The notes under the pieces were generated by a model, which worked only from the letters and a program-made list of their open reading frames with translations, had not been told where the DNA came from and did no database searches. A stretch of 64,000 bases of DNA, taken from the NCBI RefSeq assembly GCF_009914755.1, contig NC_060933.1; one strand, given 5' to 3'. Position 1 is the stretch's first letter. Each line of letters begins with the position of its first letter. The DNA comes from the human T2T-CHM13v2.0 reference genome, Homo sapiens. Of this stretch, positions 33,514-52,099 are shown piece after piece. The position numbers were made by a program, and so were the translations under genes.

Positions 33514-34034
33514 TAGGCTAGCCTTAGATCCTGCACAGCTACCAACAGAGAGAAACAGCCTCAGGAAAGAACTGTGGCTCTGTGATGCTTATGCAGTCAA
33601 CTTTCTTAAACTCTAAAAGCTGGAAATAAACAGTTTTGAGCATGAATTTAGAGACAAAATACTTTTGAGAACTCTGGGAATGTGGCTTCCATGGGCCCTT
33701 CTTGAAGAAACAACTGAAAGATAAATTGCAAACTACCAAGAGATGCCTGGGAAACTTGAAAAAATATTGATGATGAGCATTGAAGATATTAATTGCAGAA
33801 CTCACTGGCAAAAATGAAGTAAATGTTATAGGCCATGAGCGTGTGGAAATTTGGAGGAAAATAGGGAAAGATAGGGGGAGGTAGAGTAAGTTGCTGCCTC
33901 ATCACAGAAACTTGGAATCAATGAATGTTCTTCCAAAATATCTGATAATAACAGTATAAGACAATTTAACAATTCAAATACTAAGAAGTTTGATGCTGTT
34001 GACTAAAGTCAGGTGGTAAAAGAAAAGAGAAGGA

Positions 34035-34434
<400 letters not shown>

Positions 34435-35851
34435 TTATTTAAATTTTTTATATTTTATTATAATAAAGGTTATTATGTTAGGTTGTATTAATAAAGTTGA
34501 ACACTAGTACAAAACCATAAACCCTCCTAAATAGGAGAATAATTGAACATTTTTTTAAAAAAGGCAAAACAAAGACATCACATTGTGGAAGACATTTTTA
34601 AACAACTAAGAGAAAACAAAATATAAAAGAATGTGAAAAACCTAGAAAAAATATCTGTCATATCACTAAATGTAAATGAGCTTCCTGAAAAACATTATGC
34701 TAAGTGAGATAAGTCACAGAAAGGCAAATACTGTATGATTATCCCTTGTACATGAAATCTCAGAAAGTCAAACTCATAGAAATTGAGAGTAGAACGGTGA
34801 TTGTGGGGCCTGGGGGGTTAGAGGAACTAGGGTAGTATTCATGAAGGGGTCCAAACTTTCAGATATAAGAGGAACACATTCTGGGGATCTAATTACAGAA
34901 TGGGTGGTGATGGAAGTATTAATTAACTTCATTATGACAATCATTACACGTATGTCAAATCATGTTGCACACCTTAAATATATACATTTTTGTCAATTAC
35001 ATATTTTTAAATAAAAAAGCTAAAAACTGTAAAATGTGCTTAACTCGTCTACTAAAAGAAACTGATATTCAGATTATATCAAAAAGCAAAATCTGACTGC
35101 TGTACACAAGAACTACACCTAAGAAAGTTACTTGAAAAGATTGAAAACAGTCACTGGTCTATCAGGACATGGGAGAAAAAAGCAACTAAAATTAGATGTT
35201 AAAGGAGAGGAAGAGCAATTATGCTAATTTTATCATTGCTCACGGTTTCCTACTAGTACATATCCTGTAAAGAAAAAAAGGACTAAATGTAATATATATG
35301 ATAACGGCAACACTAAACACAAAAATCCTAACCTTCCTAAATAACAAAGCTAAACATGATCTCAAATGGAGGAGGAAAGAATAAAGAAAAATAAAAATGG
35401 AAATAGGTAGGCAAATATAAATGAACAGTGAATGTATAAAAAGAAAAAATGGAAACTATGGAAGAGAATGTAAAATTCATGGAGGACAAAGTGAGAAAAT
35501 CTAATGCACATTTCACTAGGGTCCCAGAAGAAGAGGAGAGAGAGAGTGGGGTAGCAATATTTGAAGAGATCATAGTTGAGAAATTTGCAAAACTGATGAA
35601 AGTTACTAGTTCATAGATTCAAGAAGACTCATAAATCTGAAGGAGAATAAAAAATAAATCTATAACTAGAATTTTCTATAGGGTAACCTCTTTTAAAAAA
35701 CTCTACAATAAAAAAATCTTAAGCAGCCAAAGAAATAAACAATAGTTTATCTACAAACCTCAGAATATTGCTGAGTTCTGACAAGAAACAAAGAAGCCAG
35801 AATACAATGAAATGATATATTGGAAGGGCTAAAAGAATATAATAGCCAATC

Positions 35852-36148
35852 GGCCAGTCACAGTGGCTCACGCCTATAATCCTAGCACTTTAAGAGGCTG
35901 AGATGGGTGAATCATCTGAGATCAGGAGTTCGAGACCAGCCTGGTCAACATGATGAAACTCCATCTCTAGTAAAAACACAAAAATTACCCAGGCATGGTG
36001 GCGGGAGCCTGTAATCCCAGTTACTTGGGAGGCTGAGGCAGGAGAATTGCTTGAACCCAGGAGGCAGAGGTTGCAATGAGCCGAGACCGCGCCACTTCAC
36101 TCCAGTCTGGCTGAAAGAGCAAAACTCCATCTCAAAATACAAAAAAAG
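35852..36148 (+). mobile_element. Alu
   Basis: TSD aaagaatataatagccaatc. Confidence 0.95.
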
Positions 36149-36386
36149 AATATAATAGCCAATCTAGAATTATCAGGTTGATTGGAGGATGGGGAAACTA
36201 TATACTCTGTACAGAAAAAATATAAGCATAAGTGTACTGAGAAATGGAAAGTAACAGAATGGGAACAGATAGCATCCAAACACTAACCAAATGAAAGCTG
36301 GCTATGTTAATATTAGAAAAATAAACTTTAAAGCAAAAAGCATGACTGGCAATAAAGAGAAACACTTCAAATTGATAAAATAATCA

Positions 36387-36775
<389 letters not shown>

Positions 36776-36947
36776 TTAAGAGAGAGAGGCACAATGCACA
36801 AATAGCCAATAACGGCAATAAAAGTGGCAAGACCACAGACCCTACACACACACGGCAGCTGTGAAAATGGTGTGGAGTGCAGCTCCATGCCAATATGTTT
36901 GAAAATAACATTTAACAGACAAATTCTAAGAAAAATACAACTTACCG

Positions 36948-37270
<323 letters not shown>

Positions 37271-37819
37271 TTACCAAAATGGATGCGAATACAGTTCCTA
37301 AGTATTCCTGTAACTATTTAACTATTTAAGTCCAGCCCAGTAAGTAATACATACAAGGAATAATATGACAATCAAATGTATTCCAGGAATTTCAAGTTGT
37401 TGACATTTGAAGATACATCAGTGTCACTCACAACAATGAAAAAATAAAGATGTTTACAGGTACAATATGCTGAAATTTTAAAAAATAAATAAATGTAAAT
37501 ATCTTTAAAGATGAAAAAATCATTTGAACATCTTAATCGTGAAGAAATTCAACATGTATTCTATAAAATTCAGAATCTATTCATGATTTTTAAGAGTTTG
37601 TAGCAACCTACAAACTACAAACTAGGAATAAGATGGAACTAGAAATAAGTAATACAGCAAACACCTCACTTGGTGAAATTCTGGAGAACAGAAATGAGAC
37701 ATGAAAGTCTGCTGCCATCATTTCTGATTAACACTGTACTTCCTAGTTAATGCAGTAAAGTCAGGCAAAGGAAAAAAATGTTAACCACCAAGGAAAGCAT
37801 AGGAGAAAATCTTAATGGC

Positions 37820-38490
37820 TGTATTAGTCCGTTTTCATGCTGCTGATAAAGATAAAGACATACCCAAGACTGGGTAATTTTTTTTTTTTTAAGACAGAGT
37901 TTTGCTCTTGTTGCCCAGGCTGGAGTGCAATGGCACGATCTCACGACAACGTCCGCCTCCCGGGTTCAAGCGATTCTCCTGCCTCAGCCTCCCAAGTAGC
38001 TGGGATTACAGACATGTGCCACCACACCCAGCTAATTTTGTATTTTTAGTAGAGACAGGGTCTCTCCATGTTGGTCAGGCTGGTTGCAAACTCCCGACCA
38101 CAGGTGATCCACCCGCCTCGGCCTCCCAAAGTGCTGGGATTACCGGCGTGAGCCACCATACCTGGCCCAAGACTGGGTAATTTATAAAGAAAAAGAGGTT
38201 TAATGGACTCACAGTTCCACGTGGCTGGGGAGGCCTCACAATCATGGCAGAAGGCAAAAGTCACATCTTTCATGGCAGCAGGCAAGAGAGAACGAGAACC
38301 AAGCAAAAGGGGAAGCCCCTTATAAAATCACCAGATCTCATGAGACTTATTCTCTATCACGAGAACACTATGGGGGAAACTGCTCCCATGATTCAATTAT
38401 CTCCCACCAGGTCCCTCCCACAACATGTGGGAATTATGGCAGCTACAATTCAAGATGAGATTTGGGTGGGGACACAGCCAAACCATATTA
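37820..38490 (-). mobile_element. THE1 (THE1B-like) solo LTR with an internal Alu at 37878-38167
   Basis: tgtattagtccgttttcatgctgctgataaag...gatttgggtggggacacagccaaaccatat; 5-bp TSD atggc. Confidence 0.92.
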
Positions 38491-38789
38491 ATGGCCTTGG
38501 GTCAGGCAAAGATTTCTTAGGTATGACTCAAAAGCATGAATCAGAAAAGAAAAACACTATAAAGTATACTTTATTGAAAATTAAAAATGTCTGCTGTGCT
38601 AGCACCACTATTAAGAAAATGAAAAGATAAGCCACAGACTGAGAAAAAAAAGTTTGCAACACACATATCTGATAAAAGGCATGAATCCAGAATATGAAAG
38701 AATTCCAGAGTAAGAAAACAAATTTTTTTCTAATTTTAAAATTGGGAGAAAAATATGAATAGACACTTCACTAAAGAAGATACACAGAT

Positions 38790-39344
<555 letters not shown>

Positions 39345-39834
39345 TTACCACATGAGCCAGGGCTTTCACCCCTTGGTGTTTACCCAAGAGTAAAGGAAAT
39401 ACCTGTCCATAGAAAGACACCATTTTTGGCAGCGTGGTTTGTAACAGCCAAAACCTGGAAACAATCCAAATATCCATCAGCTGGTGAGTGGATAAACCAA
39501 CTATTGTACATCCGACGGAACACAAGCCAACCATTCAAAGGTACAAACTTCTGATAAATGCAGACACGTGGATGACTTTTTAATGTACTATGCTAAGTGA
39601 AAGAAGCCAGACCCAAATGACTACATAATTGCTCCAAATTAGTATGCCCATCAACTTCTGAATGGATAATGGAGCTAGTGATTGAGTAACTGAAACAGTG
39701 TGATTTGAAAACAGAGTATGGAAGCCAGAACCAGATCTTTGCATAAATGGACACTTGATTTATAACAAAAGTGCTACTGCAGGGCACTGAGGAATGAATG
39801 GTTTCCTCAATTCATGGTTCTGGGACAATTAAAC

Positions 39835-40139
39835 TTTTTTTTTTTTTTTTTTTTTTTTGAGACAGAGTTTCCTTCTTGTTGCCCACGCTGGAGTGCAGTG
39901 GCAAGATCTCAGCTCACTGAAACCTCCACCTCCCGGGTTCTAAGCAATTCTGCCTCAGCCTCCTGAGTAGCTGGGATGTCAGGCGCCCACCACCACACCC
40001 AGCTAATTTTGGTACTTTTAGTAGAGATGGGGTTTCACCATATTGGCCAGGCTGGTCTCGAACTCCTGACCTCAGATGATCCACCCACCTCAGACTCCCA
40101 AAGTGCTGGGATTACAGGCCTGAGCCACCGCGACCGGCC
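39835..40139 (-). mobile_element. Alu
   Basis: Poly-T followed by antisense dimer. Confidence 0.95.
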
Positions 40140-40398
40140 AGACATTCATAATTTTTAAAACATACATAATACCTACTTCACCTTATGCACAAAAGCTAGT
40201 CCCACATGGACTATAAAGCTAAACAGGAGAAGCAAAACAATAACAATTTTTAAAAGTAATGTAAGGAAACAACCTTATAACCTCAGAGCAGGCAAAGGAA
40301 AAAAAATGTTAACCACCAAGAAAAAATATTGAAATGTTTAACCACGTTAAAACTAGGAGCTTCCCCAGGACAGTCCAACACATAAAAAACCGATCCAT

Positions 40399-42813
<2,415 letters not shown>

Positions 42814-43193
42814 TGTAACAGGACGAGCTGCAGACAAAACTCCTCGGATGCTGGATTAAAGAAGGAAGAGGTTTTTTTATTTGGCCGGGAGCATTGACAG
42901 ACTCGCGTCTTAAGAGCAGAGCTCCCCAAAGACAGAGTTCCTGGCCCTTTTAAAGGCTTATAACTCTAAGGGGTTCCATGCGAAAAGGTCGTGATGGATT
43001 GAAAGCACATGTGGTTAGAGTGGGCGGGCGGAGGGGGCGGTGTGGGGGGGATGGTTAATCTTTTAACCTCAGGCTGGGTCATCAGTGGCACTGGCTGGTC
43101 TTGGCACTGACTTCATTCCTGCTGTTTTACAACTTTTTCTTCCTCCTCCTCTTCAGAGACAGGAGACAGTAAGAGAAATGGCTTATCTCCTCA
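42814..43193 (-). mobile_element. 3' LTR of the provirus (LTR2-type, subfamily uncertain)
   Basis: TG...CA ends; homologous to 49872-50222; preceded on the minus strand by PPT aaagaggggaa (43194-43204). Confidence 0.93.
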
Positions 43194-43204
43194 TTCCCCT
43201 CTTT

Positions 43205-43532
43205 GAGAACCTCACTCACTAGTGGAAGTTCTCACTCTCATCTACATTACCCAGATCTTCCTGCCAGTCCAGTTCCATTGACTCCTAGAGTTACATACTC
43301 TCCTCTTTTCCAATGGGGATTAAGTAGTTCTAATGGGTTATAGCACACATCAGTCTGGTCACTTCCTGGGCTGCATACCTTGTACTGGGTGGCATTATAC
43401 ACACAAGTCCCTTTTAAACAAAAAGACTGTTTTAACTTTTTGCCCTACCTCAGTCTGAGGAAGGTCAGTTGAAGTCCTTACTGTACAAGTCCAAAATTTA
43501 TGAAAAATGAGTTCCACGATGAGCTTCCTCAT
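43205..43532 (-). pseudogene. Remnant of env (signal-peptide start plus collapsed fragments)
   Basis: ATG at 43532 reads MRKLIVELIFHKFWTCTVRTST, just after the integrase C-terminus. Only about 330 bp to the PPT. Confidence 0.7.
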
Positions 43533-43554
43533 GCTTCAGCCATGCGTGGACCAG

Positions 43555-46500
43555 TCAGCTTCCGGGTGTGACTGGAGCAGGGCTTGTCGTCTTCTTCAGG
43601 GTCACTCTGCAAGGGTTGTCCGGGCTTGGTCTTGCCTCCCAGGTTTCAGGCGCTGCAGGTTTTACACGGCTGCGGTGGATCCAGGCTGGGATTCCCTCTA
43701 CCTTCACAGCGGTGGGAGTGGTCAGGATGACAGTCTGGGGTCCTTTCCACCGTGGGCACAAAGAGGCTACGTTCCAGTCCTTGATCCATACTCGATCTCC
43801 TGGGGAGAAAGGGTGAACTGGGGAGAATAAGCTAACAGGGCATCTCTTATTTACCCAGGCTGAGATTGTTTGTGTAATTTTTCCTAAAGCATGTAGCTGT
43901 CGCTGTAACTCAGTCTCACCTAACTCTCCTGGAAGTCCCCACGATAAGGGAGAGGGTCCATGATTAATATTTCATAAGGGGAATATCCTGTTCTTTTAGA
44001 AGAGGTACACCTAATTTTAAATAATACCATAGGGAGAGCCTGTATCCATTTTAATCCTGTTTCTTGACGTACTTTCCCTAAACTATTTTTGATAGTCCGA
44101 TTCATCCGCTCCACCTTTCCGGAACTCTGAGGCCGGTAGGCGGCATGCAGTTTCCATGTGATCCCCAATACCTTTGCCATCTTCTGTACCAAGTCAGCCA
44201 CAAACGCAGGCCCGTTATCTGAGCCGATCCATAAGGGCAGTCCAAATCTAGGAATCAGATCTTGAAGAAGCACACGGGTTACTTCACGAGGTTTCTCAGT
44301 TCGTGTTGGATAAGCCTCCACCCACCCAGAGTGGGTACACACGAGAACTAGTAAATACTTGTTACCTCCACACTTTGGCATTTCTGTGAAGTCCACCTGG
44401 AGATCTATCAAAGGGGGCTGCTCCGTAAGTTTGTATGCCGGGTGGAATGGCTGGACCTCGCCTCGCATGATGCTGTTGGCAGGTAACACACTGCTGCATC
44501 ACCGTTTTGGCAAGGGCTGACAAATGCGAGATGTAGAAATACCGGCCTAACAACTTTTCCAGTGACTCCTGACCTCGATGGGTGGTTTCCTGCACAGCCA
44601 GTACAACTGCAGCTCCTCGCAGCTGTGGTGCAGCTACTCTCCCATCTGGTAACCGAATCCATCCTTCCTCCATCACTTGTCCTCCCTCTACCTGGAGAAA
44701 GTCCTTTTCATCTTTAGAAGAAGTAGGTACAAGATCAGGTGCTTGAGGGAGCAGAGGCGCTGTGACTGATGCCCAGAAGGGGGCAGATGCTGCTTTTTGA
44801 GCCTCTGAGTCAGTGCGGGGATTCCCCAAACCCACCAAGGTGGAAGCTCGCTGGTGTCCTCTGCAATGCATAACTGCCACCTTGTGGGGTTTCCATATTG
44901 TTTCTAATCATTGCAAGATTTCTTGTTGATATTTTATGTCTTTTCCCCCAGAGTTCAATAGGCCCTTTTCTTTATATAATGCACCATGCACTTGAAGGGT
45001 TAAAAAGGCATACCGAGAATCACTGTAAATGTTGACAGTCTCACCCTCCCTGAGCTCTAAGGCCCGAATGAAAGCAATGAGTTCAGCTTTCTGGGCTGAA
45101 GTGCCCTGGGGCAATGATCTGGCTTCAACAACAGTGTCCAGGGTTACCACTGCATACCCTGCACATCTCTCTCCTTGTGGGTTGATGAAGCTGCTCCCGT
45201 CCACGTATAGTTCCCAGTCTACTGATGCCCAAGGCCAGTCCCGGAGGTCAGGTCTGCTAGAGTCAATTGAATCTAACACTTCTACACAATCATGCTCGAC
45301 AGGGCTCTCTGATACCGGTGTAACGCCCAAACTCGTTTTTACTAACCCTGTTTTTAGACTCCCCCTTTTCCTTTAATCACGCAGCATTGTTGCCACCTGA
45401 ATGGACTCTCCCTTAGCTAAGAGAACCAGACAGACTCCATCTTGGCTCTTTCATTGGCAGCCCCTTCCTCAAGGACTTAACTTGTGCAAGCTGACTCCCA
45501 GCACATCCAAGAATGCAATTAACTGATAAGATACTGTGGCAAGCTATATCCGCAGTCCCCCAGAATTCATCTGATTGATAATGCCCAAAGCCCCGCATCT
45601 ATCACCTTGTAATAGTCTTAAAGCCCCTGCACCTGGAACTGTTTACTTTCCTGTAACCATTTATCCTTTTAACTTTTTGACTACTTAACTTCTGTAAAAT
45701 TGTTTTAACCAGACCCCCCTACTCCCCTTCCTAAACCAGGGTATAAAAATTAATCAAGTCCCTTCCTCGGGGCCGAGAGAATTTTGAGCGTTAGCTTTCT
45801 CTCGGTCACCAGCTAATAAAGGACTCTTAACTCGTCTCAAAGTGTGGCGTTAGGACTCTTAACTCGTCTCAAAGTGTGGCGTTTTTCTAATTCACTCGGG
45901 TACAACACCGGGAGCAAAGTGGCAGGGTTCAAGATGTTACAAACTTCAGTGGTTATACGGGGATTTTCACAGAGAAAACTTTGGTACTTGGTGAGTGTGG
46001 CATTCGTTAGCCAATGATGTCCTTTAGTATTCATTAAAGTCACCACAGCACGGGAGGCCTTTATGTTCAGGTGTTGCCCAAGAGTCAGCTTATTTGCTTC
46101 TTGTACTAGCAGGGCAGTTGCTGCCAAGGCCCTCAAACACGGGGGCCATCCTTTAGGAACCCCATCTAGTTGTTTAGAGAGGTAGGCCACCGGCCTCGGC
46201 CAGGGCCCCACAGTTTGGGTTAAAACTCCACGTGCCACCTTTTCTCTCTCTGACACATACAATGTAAAAGGTTTTGTCAGATCGGGCAGCCCCAGGGCTG
46301 GGGCTGACATACGTTTTTTCTTTAAGTCAGGCTTGCTGTTGTTGGGATCCCCATTCAAAAGGTTCCCGGTCCCCGCCCCCTTTGTGACCTCATACAAATG
46401 CTTGGCTAATACTGCAAAGTTTGGGATCCACAGTCTACAAAACCCCACAGGTCCTAAGAATTCTCTCACCTGCCTTCTGCTCTTAAGCTCTGCTAGATGG

Positions 46501-47723
46501 CAAATAACCTGCTTTCTTTCTGATCCCAGGCTGCGCTCCCCCTGTCGGACAGTAAATCCCAGTAACATATCTGCTGTCAGCAGATCTGAGCTTTTTTCTT
46601 GGACACCTTATACCCACGGTCCTCCAGGTGCCGGAGTAGGGCAGCCGTTCCCTTGGCGCACCCAACTGCCATGGGGTGTCCCAGCAAAAGGTCATCAACA
46701 TACTGGAGCAATACGCAGCCTAGGTCTCTGGTGGGAAACTTCTGGAGGTCTCGAGCCAACGCCTCCCCGAAGATGGTGGGGGAGTTCTTAAACCCTTGGG
46801 GAAGCCGGGTCCAAGTGTACTGAGTAGTGACACCTCACTGCGGATCTTCCCACTGAAAGGCAAACAGCTTCTGGCTCTCAAGGGCTAATCTGATACTAAA
46901 GAAAGCGTCTTTTAGGTCCAAGCAGGTGAACCAGCTGTCCTCAGCTGGCAGCAACCCCAACAATGTGGACGGGTTAGGTACTGTTGGATGGAAAGTCACT
47001 GTAGCTTGATTAACCAAGCACAAATCCCGTACCGGCCTGTAGTCCTTGGTCCCTGGCTTGGGAACAGGCAGGAGGGGAGTGTTCCATGGAGACTGACAAG
47101 GAACTATAATTCCAAAAGTTCTTAGGTGTTTGAGGCGAACCTGGATACCTTTAAGAGCTTCTCTGGGGACTGGGGACTGTTTTTGCCTAACCGGCTGGGC
47201 CCCAGGCTTAACTTCCATATTCAGGGGCTTGGTTGACTGCCAATCCTGGAGGGTTGTCTTCCGCCCACACTCTTGGCCACCGCTTAGCCAAAGCTGGTCT
47301 TATCTCTTGGCCCGGCTCAGTTAAGAAAAGTCTCTATTCCTCCTCTCAGGGGACCATAAGGGTCATAACGACTCCCGTTCCGGGTAACTTTAGCAGCAAA
47401 GAGCCATGCTCTGTAAAAGAGACAGTGGCTCTCAGCTTGCTAAGCAAGTCCCTTCCCAACAAGGGCAAGGGACAGTCAGGCATGTACAGAAACTGACGAA
47501 TCACTGTATGTCCTCCTACAGCACAAGTCCGAGGCAAGCAGAAAGCTTGCTTTGCTGAAACCCCCATGGCTCCGATGATGTCAATAGTCTTTTTGGATAA
47601 GGGGGCAACTGGGGCGGTTACTACCGAATGTTCAGCAACGGTATCTACAAGAATATCAATGTCTTTACCCCCGACTGTCATGCTGACCATAGGCTCTTTC
47701 GGGGCACTTGAGCCCGGTCCCCC
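43555..47723 (-). pseudogene. Disrupted retroviral pro-pol
   Basis: PR LVDTVAEHS...LLGRDLL; RT CQSPWNTPLLPV, DLKDAFF, QYVDDLL; RNase H YVDGSS..AELIA..YSDSRY; IN QVDFT..SDNGPAF..KVERMN. Split across frames and by a solo LTR. Confidence 0.93.
45319..45907 (+). mobile_element. Solo LTR nested antisense in pol (resembles LTR6, HERV-T/S71)
   Basis: TGtaacgcccaa...gggtacaaCA; TSD ccgg (45315-45318 and 45908-45911); gtataaaaa at about 45741 and aataaa at 45815. Family assignment is from recall. Confidence 0.85.
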
Positions 47724-49320
47724 TGAGTCCAATAACCCTTCTGCCAGGTTGAGCAGGGCCCCTTCCTCCTCGTCTGGGGCCTCCTGCTCTGAGTCACCTT
47801 GTTTTCTTTTTAGCTGAGGGCATTTGTTCTTCCAATATCCTATTTCTTTACAATAAGCACACTGGTTACTCTGCAAGCTCTGACAACCAAGTTGAGTTTT
47901 TTCCCAGGGCCCCCTTCCCTGGCCTCTTTGGGGGGACCCCTCTGATTGCTGCAGCTAACAGGTCGGCCTTTCGCCAGGCCTGACGTTCATTCTCTTTGCG
48001 GTTTTCCTTACGGCTTACTGCATCCCTGTTTACAAACACCTGGTTAGCTATTTCTAGTAACTGATGTGTTCATCCCTGCAAACCCAGTCTGTTTCTGCAG
48101 TTTTCTTCTAATGTCTTCTGCGCTTTAACTAAAGCCATTTGAATCATGCGCTGATTTTCACGGCTATCGGGATCAAAGGGAGTATACATGCGATAGGCCT
48201 CACACAGTCTCTCAGAGAATTGTGCTGGACTTTCTTCTTTTCCCTGAATGACCTCAGAGACCTTGTTAACGTTTGTGGTCTTCTGAGCTCCCCTCTTTAA
48301 CCCTTCCAAGACAGCTTCCCTGTCTCCCTTTAGCCTTTGCATATCCTCTCTTTCATTTGGGCCCCACTGGGGGTCGGTTCCTGGTAACTGGGTCCTTACA
48401 TACTCTTGGGGGTTTTGATAATCAGCTGGTGCATGTTCCTCTAGCCACTTAGTTGCTGCTTGGAGCACTCTCCACCTTACATCTGCATTAAAGAGGAACA
48501 TGAGCAGCTGGTGGCAATCAGCCCAAGTGGGGTTATGGGTCTGCATAATAGTTGGGAGCAAATCAATTTGAGCTTGTGGCTTTTCGGTATAGGACGGGGT
48601 ATTGTTTTTCCAGTTGAGAAGGTCGGCAGAGGTGAAGGGCTGGTACACAAAAACACGCCTCTCCACCATGTGACCATCCTCATCTCTCCCAGTATACTGC
48701 TGCTCTCTCAGGTGCATTTGTATCCCAGTTTTGGGTCTTAAACGAGCTGCCAAGGGAGGGGTTTCTCCCGAGGCTTCACCTCCTCTCTTGTCTATTCTGG
48801 GTGGCCTAGGGATATGCTTGTCTTGCAGAGGTGCAAGCACTGTGGGCTCAAGACTGGGGAGCCTCTCTCCCTGGTAAGGGGAGGGCACCACTGGGATCAC
48901 TGGTGCCATCTCCTGCAATGGATCTTCTGATGTTGGGTCAAACAGAACTTCAGGAGTTGATTTCCCTGGGCGGGTGGAGCGGGATCCTTCCTTGGCTATC
49001 TGTCCCTTTGCTACTAGCATTGCTGCTGCCTGCCCTCTTAGCCACTGTGGGGGGTCTAGCACCAGCTGTAACCAAGTGTCTATGTATGGGAACTGGTCTA
49101 GGTATCCTTTACCGGTTACCTTGTGCCACACCTTAGAAACAAGGGAACTGTCCAGGCTTCCTTCTGATGGCCAACCCACTTCTAATGTTGGCCAATCTAT
49201 TTCACACAAAGTTCTAAGTTTCCCTGGTGTCATAGTAACCCCATAGTCTCCATTAAATCCTTCCTTGAAATTTTTCAACATAGTTCCTAGCGGAGTGGGC
49301 TTACTTTGTGTCTGACCCGT
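47724..49320 (-). pseudogene. Retroviral gag (HERV-E-like), start codon mutated and frameshifted near the CA C-terminus
   Basis: (T)GQTQSKPTPLGTMLKNF...WPSEGSLD...YQPFTSADLLNWKNNTPSY...QGKEESPAQFSERL (MHR); NC knuckle CAYCKEIGYWKNKC. Confidence 0.92.
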
Positions 49321-49848
49321 TTCCTCGAGACAAAACACCACGCTCACACCACACGCACACCACAGAACAAAGAACAGGTAAAAAAGGCACACACACACTT
49401 TCTCAGTTTACACCAGACCAGAATCAAAACCAAAACTGGAGTATCCAGAAATCCAAGCCAGGTCAAAACCAAAACCAAAGTATCAAGCAATCCAAGTCAA
49501 GTCAAAAACAAGAACCAAAGTGCCGGTACAGGCACACCATGGGTGATCAAGCCACACTTCCACTCAAATGGAGTGGGCAAGTTCCAAAGACCAGTCTTAC
49601 CAAGTTTCAGATGTCCAGACCAGATGTTCAGTGCCAGTTCCTTCCCGGTGTTCAGCCATTGCGTTGAACCTCCACCAGGGCCTGCCACGCGCTGCTCTGA
49701 CGAGGCGTTCCACCGGGGCAATTTCCTACGTGGGAGCGCTCTCAGGATCCGCGTTGCTGGAGCTGGTCGGAGTCCCCCGCAGGGACGCTCCACAGGGCAG
49801 GCCTAAGCGGCCTAAAGGGCTGCCTCAACGGTCCGTTAATCACCTCGT

Positions 49849-49866
49849 TTCCCAGTCAGGGAACCA
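49849..49866 (-). other. Primer-binding site, tRNA-Glu
   Basis: Minus strand TGGTTCCCTGACTGGGAA, complementary to the tRNA-Glu 3' end with 1 mismatch, 5 nt from the LTR. Confidence 0.9.
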
Positions 49867-49871
49867 AGAAA

Positions 49872-50222
49872 TGTAACAGGACCAGCGGCAGACAAAACTC
49901 CTCAGACACCGGATTAAAGAAGGAAGAGGTTTTTTCATTCGGCCGGGAGCATTGGCCGACTGGTGTCTTAAGAGCCCAGCTCCCCGAAGACAGAGTTCCT
50001 GGCCCTTTTAAGGGCTAAGTGGTTCCACGTGAAAGGGTCGTGATGGATTGAGAGCACCTGTGGTTAGAGTGGGGGGGCGGGGCTTAATCTTTTAACCTCA
50101 GGCCGGGTCATCAGTGGCACAAGCTGGTCTTGCCACTGACTTCATTCCTGTTGTTTTTCAACTTTTACTTCCTCCTCTTTTTCAGAGACAGGAGACAGTA
50201 AGAGAAATGGCTTCTCGCCTCA
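49872..50222 (-). mobile_element. 5' LTR of the provirus
   Basis: Homologous to 42814-43193; adjacent to the PBS. Confidence 0.93.
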
Positions 50223-51832
<1,610 letters not shown>

Positions 51833-52099
51833 TATTTTACCACAGCTTTCAAAATGGGAAGAAGATAAGAGATTCTATTCATCAAAAGATTCCAGGAAGA
51901 AAAGGAAAAGGCAAGTTAGAAAGTGGAATAAAATATTTGTAATATATGTAACCAAAAATAGCCATTTTCAGTCATTTCCATTTTATTATTTAAAGAAATT
52001 TTATGAAGCAGCAAGAAAAATGATCATTAACACAATAGGAAAAATAGACAAGAGGCCTGACCCAGCACTTCACCAAAGAGTGTATTTAGCCATTCCAGA

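Larger units (their letters stand above)
42814..50222 (-). mobile_element. HERV-E-family provirus (LTR-gag-pro-pol-deleted env-LTR), defective
   Basis: Paired LTRs; TSD CCAC (42810-42813 and 50223-50226); tRNA-Glu PBS; PPT; gammaretroviral Gag, PR, RT, RNase H and IN motifs. Confidence 0.93.

Noticed and set aside
42814-50222. Replication-competent retrovirus
   Set aside because: Mutated gag start, frameshifts, LTR insertion in pol, altered protease motif and deleted env.
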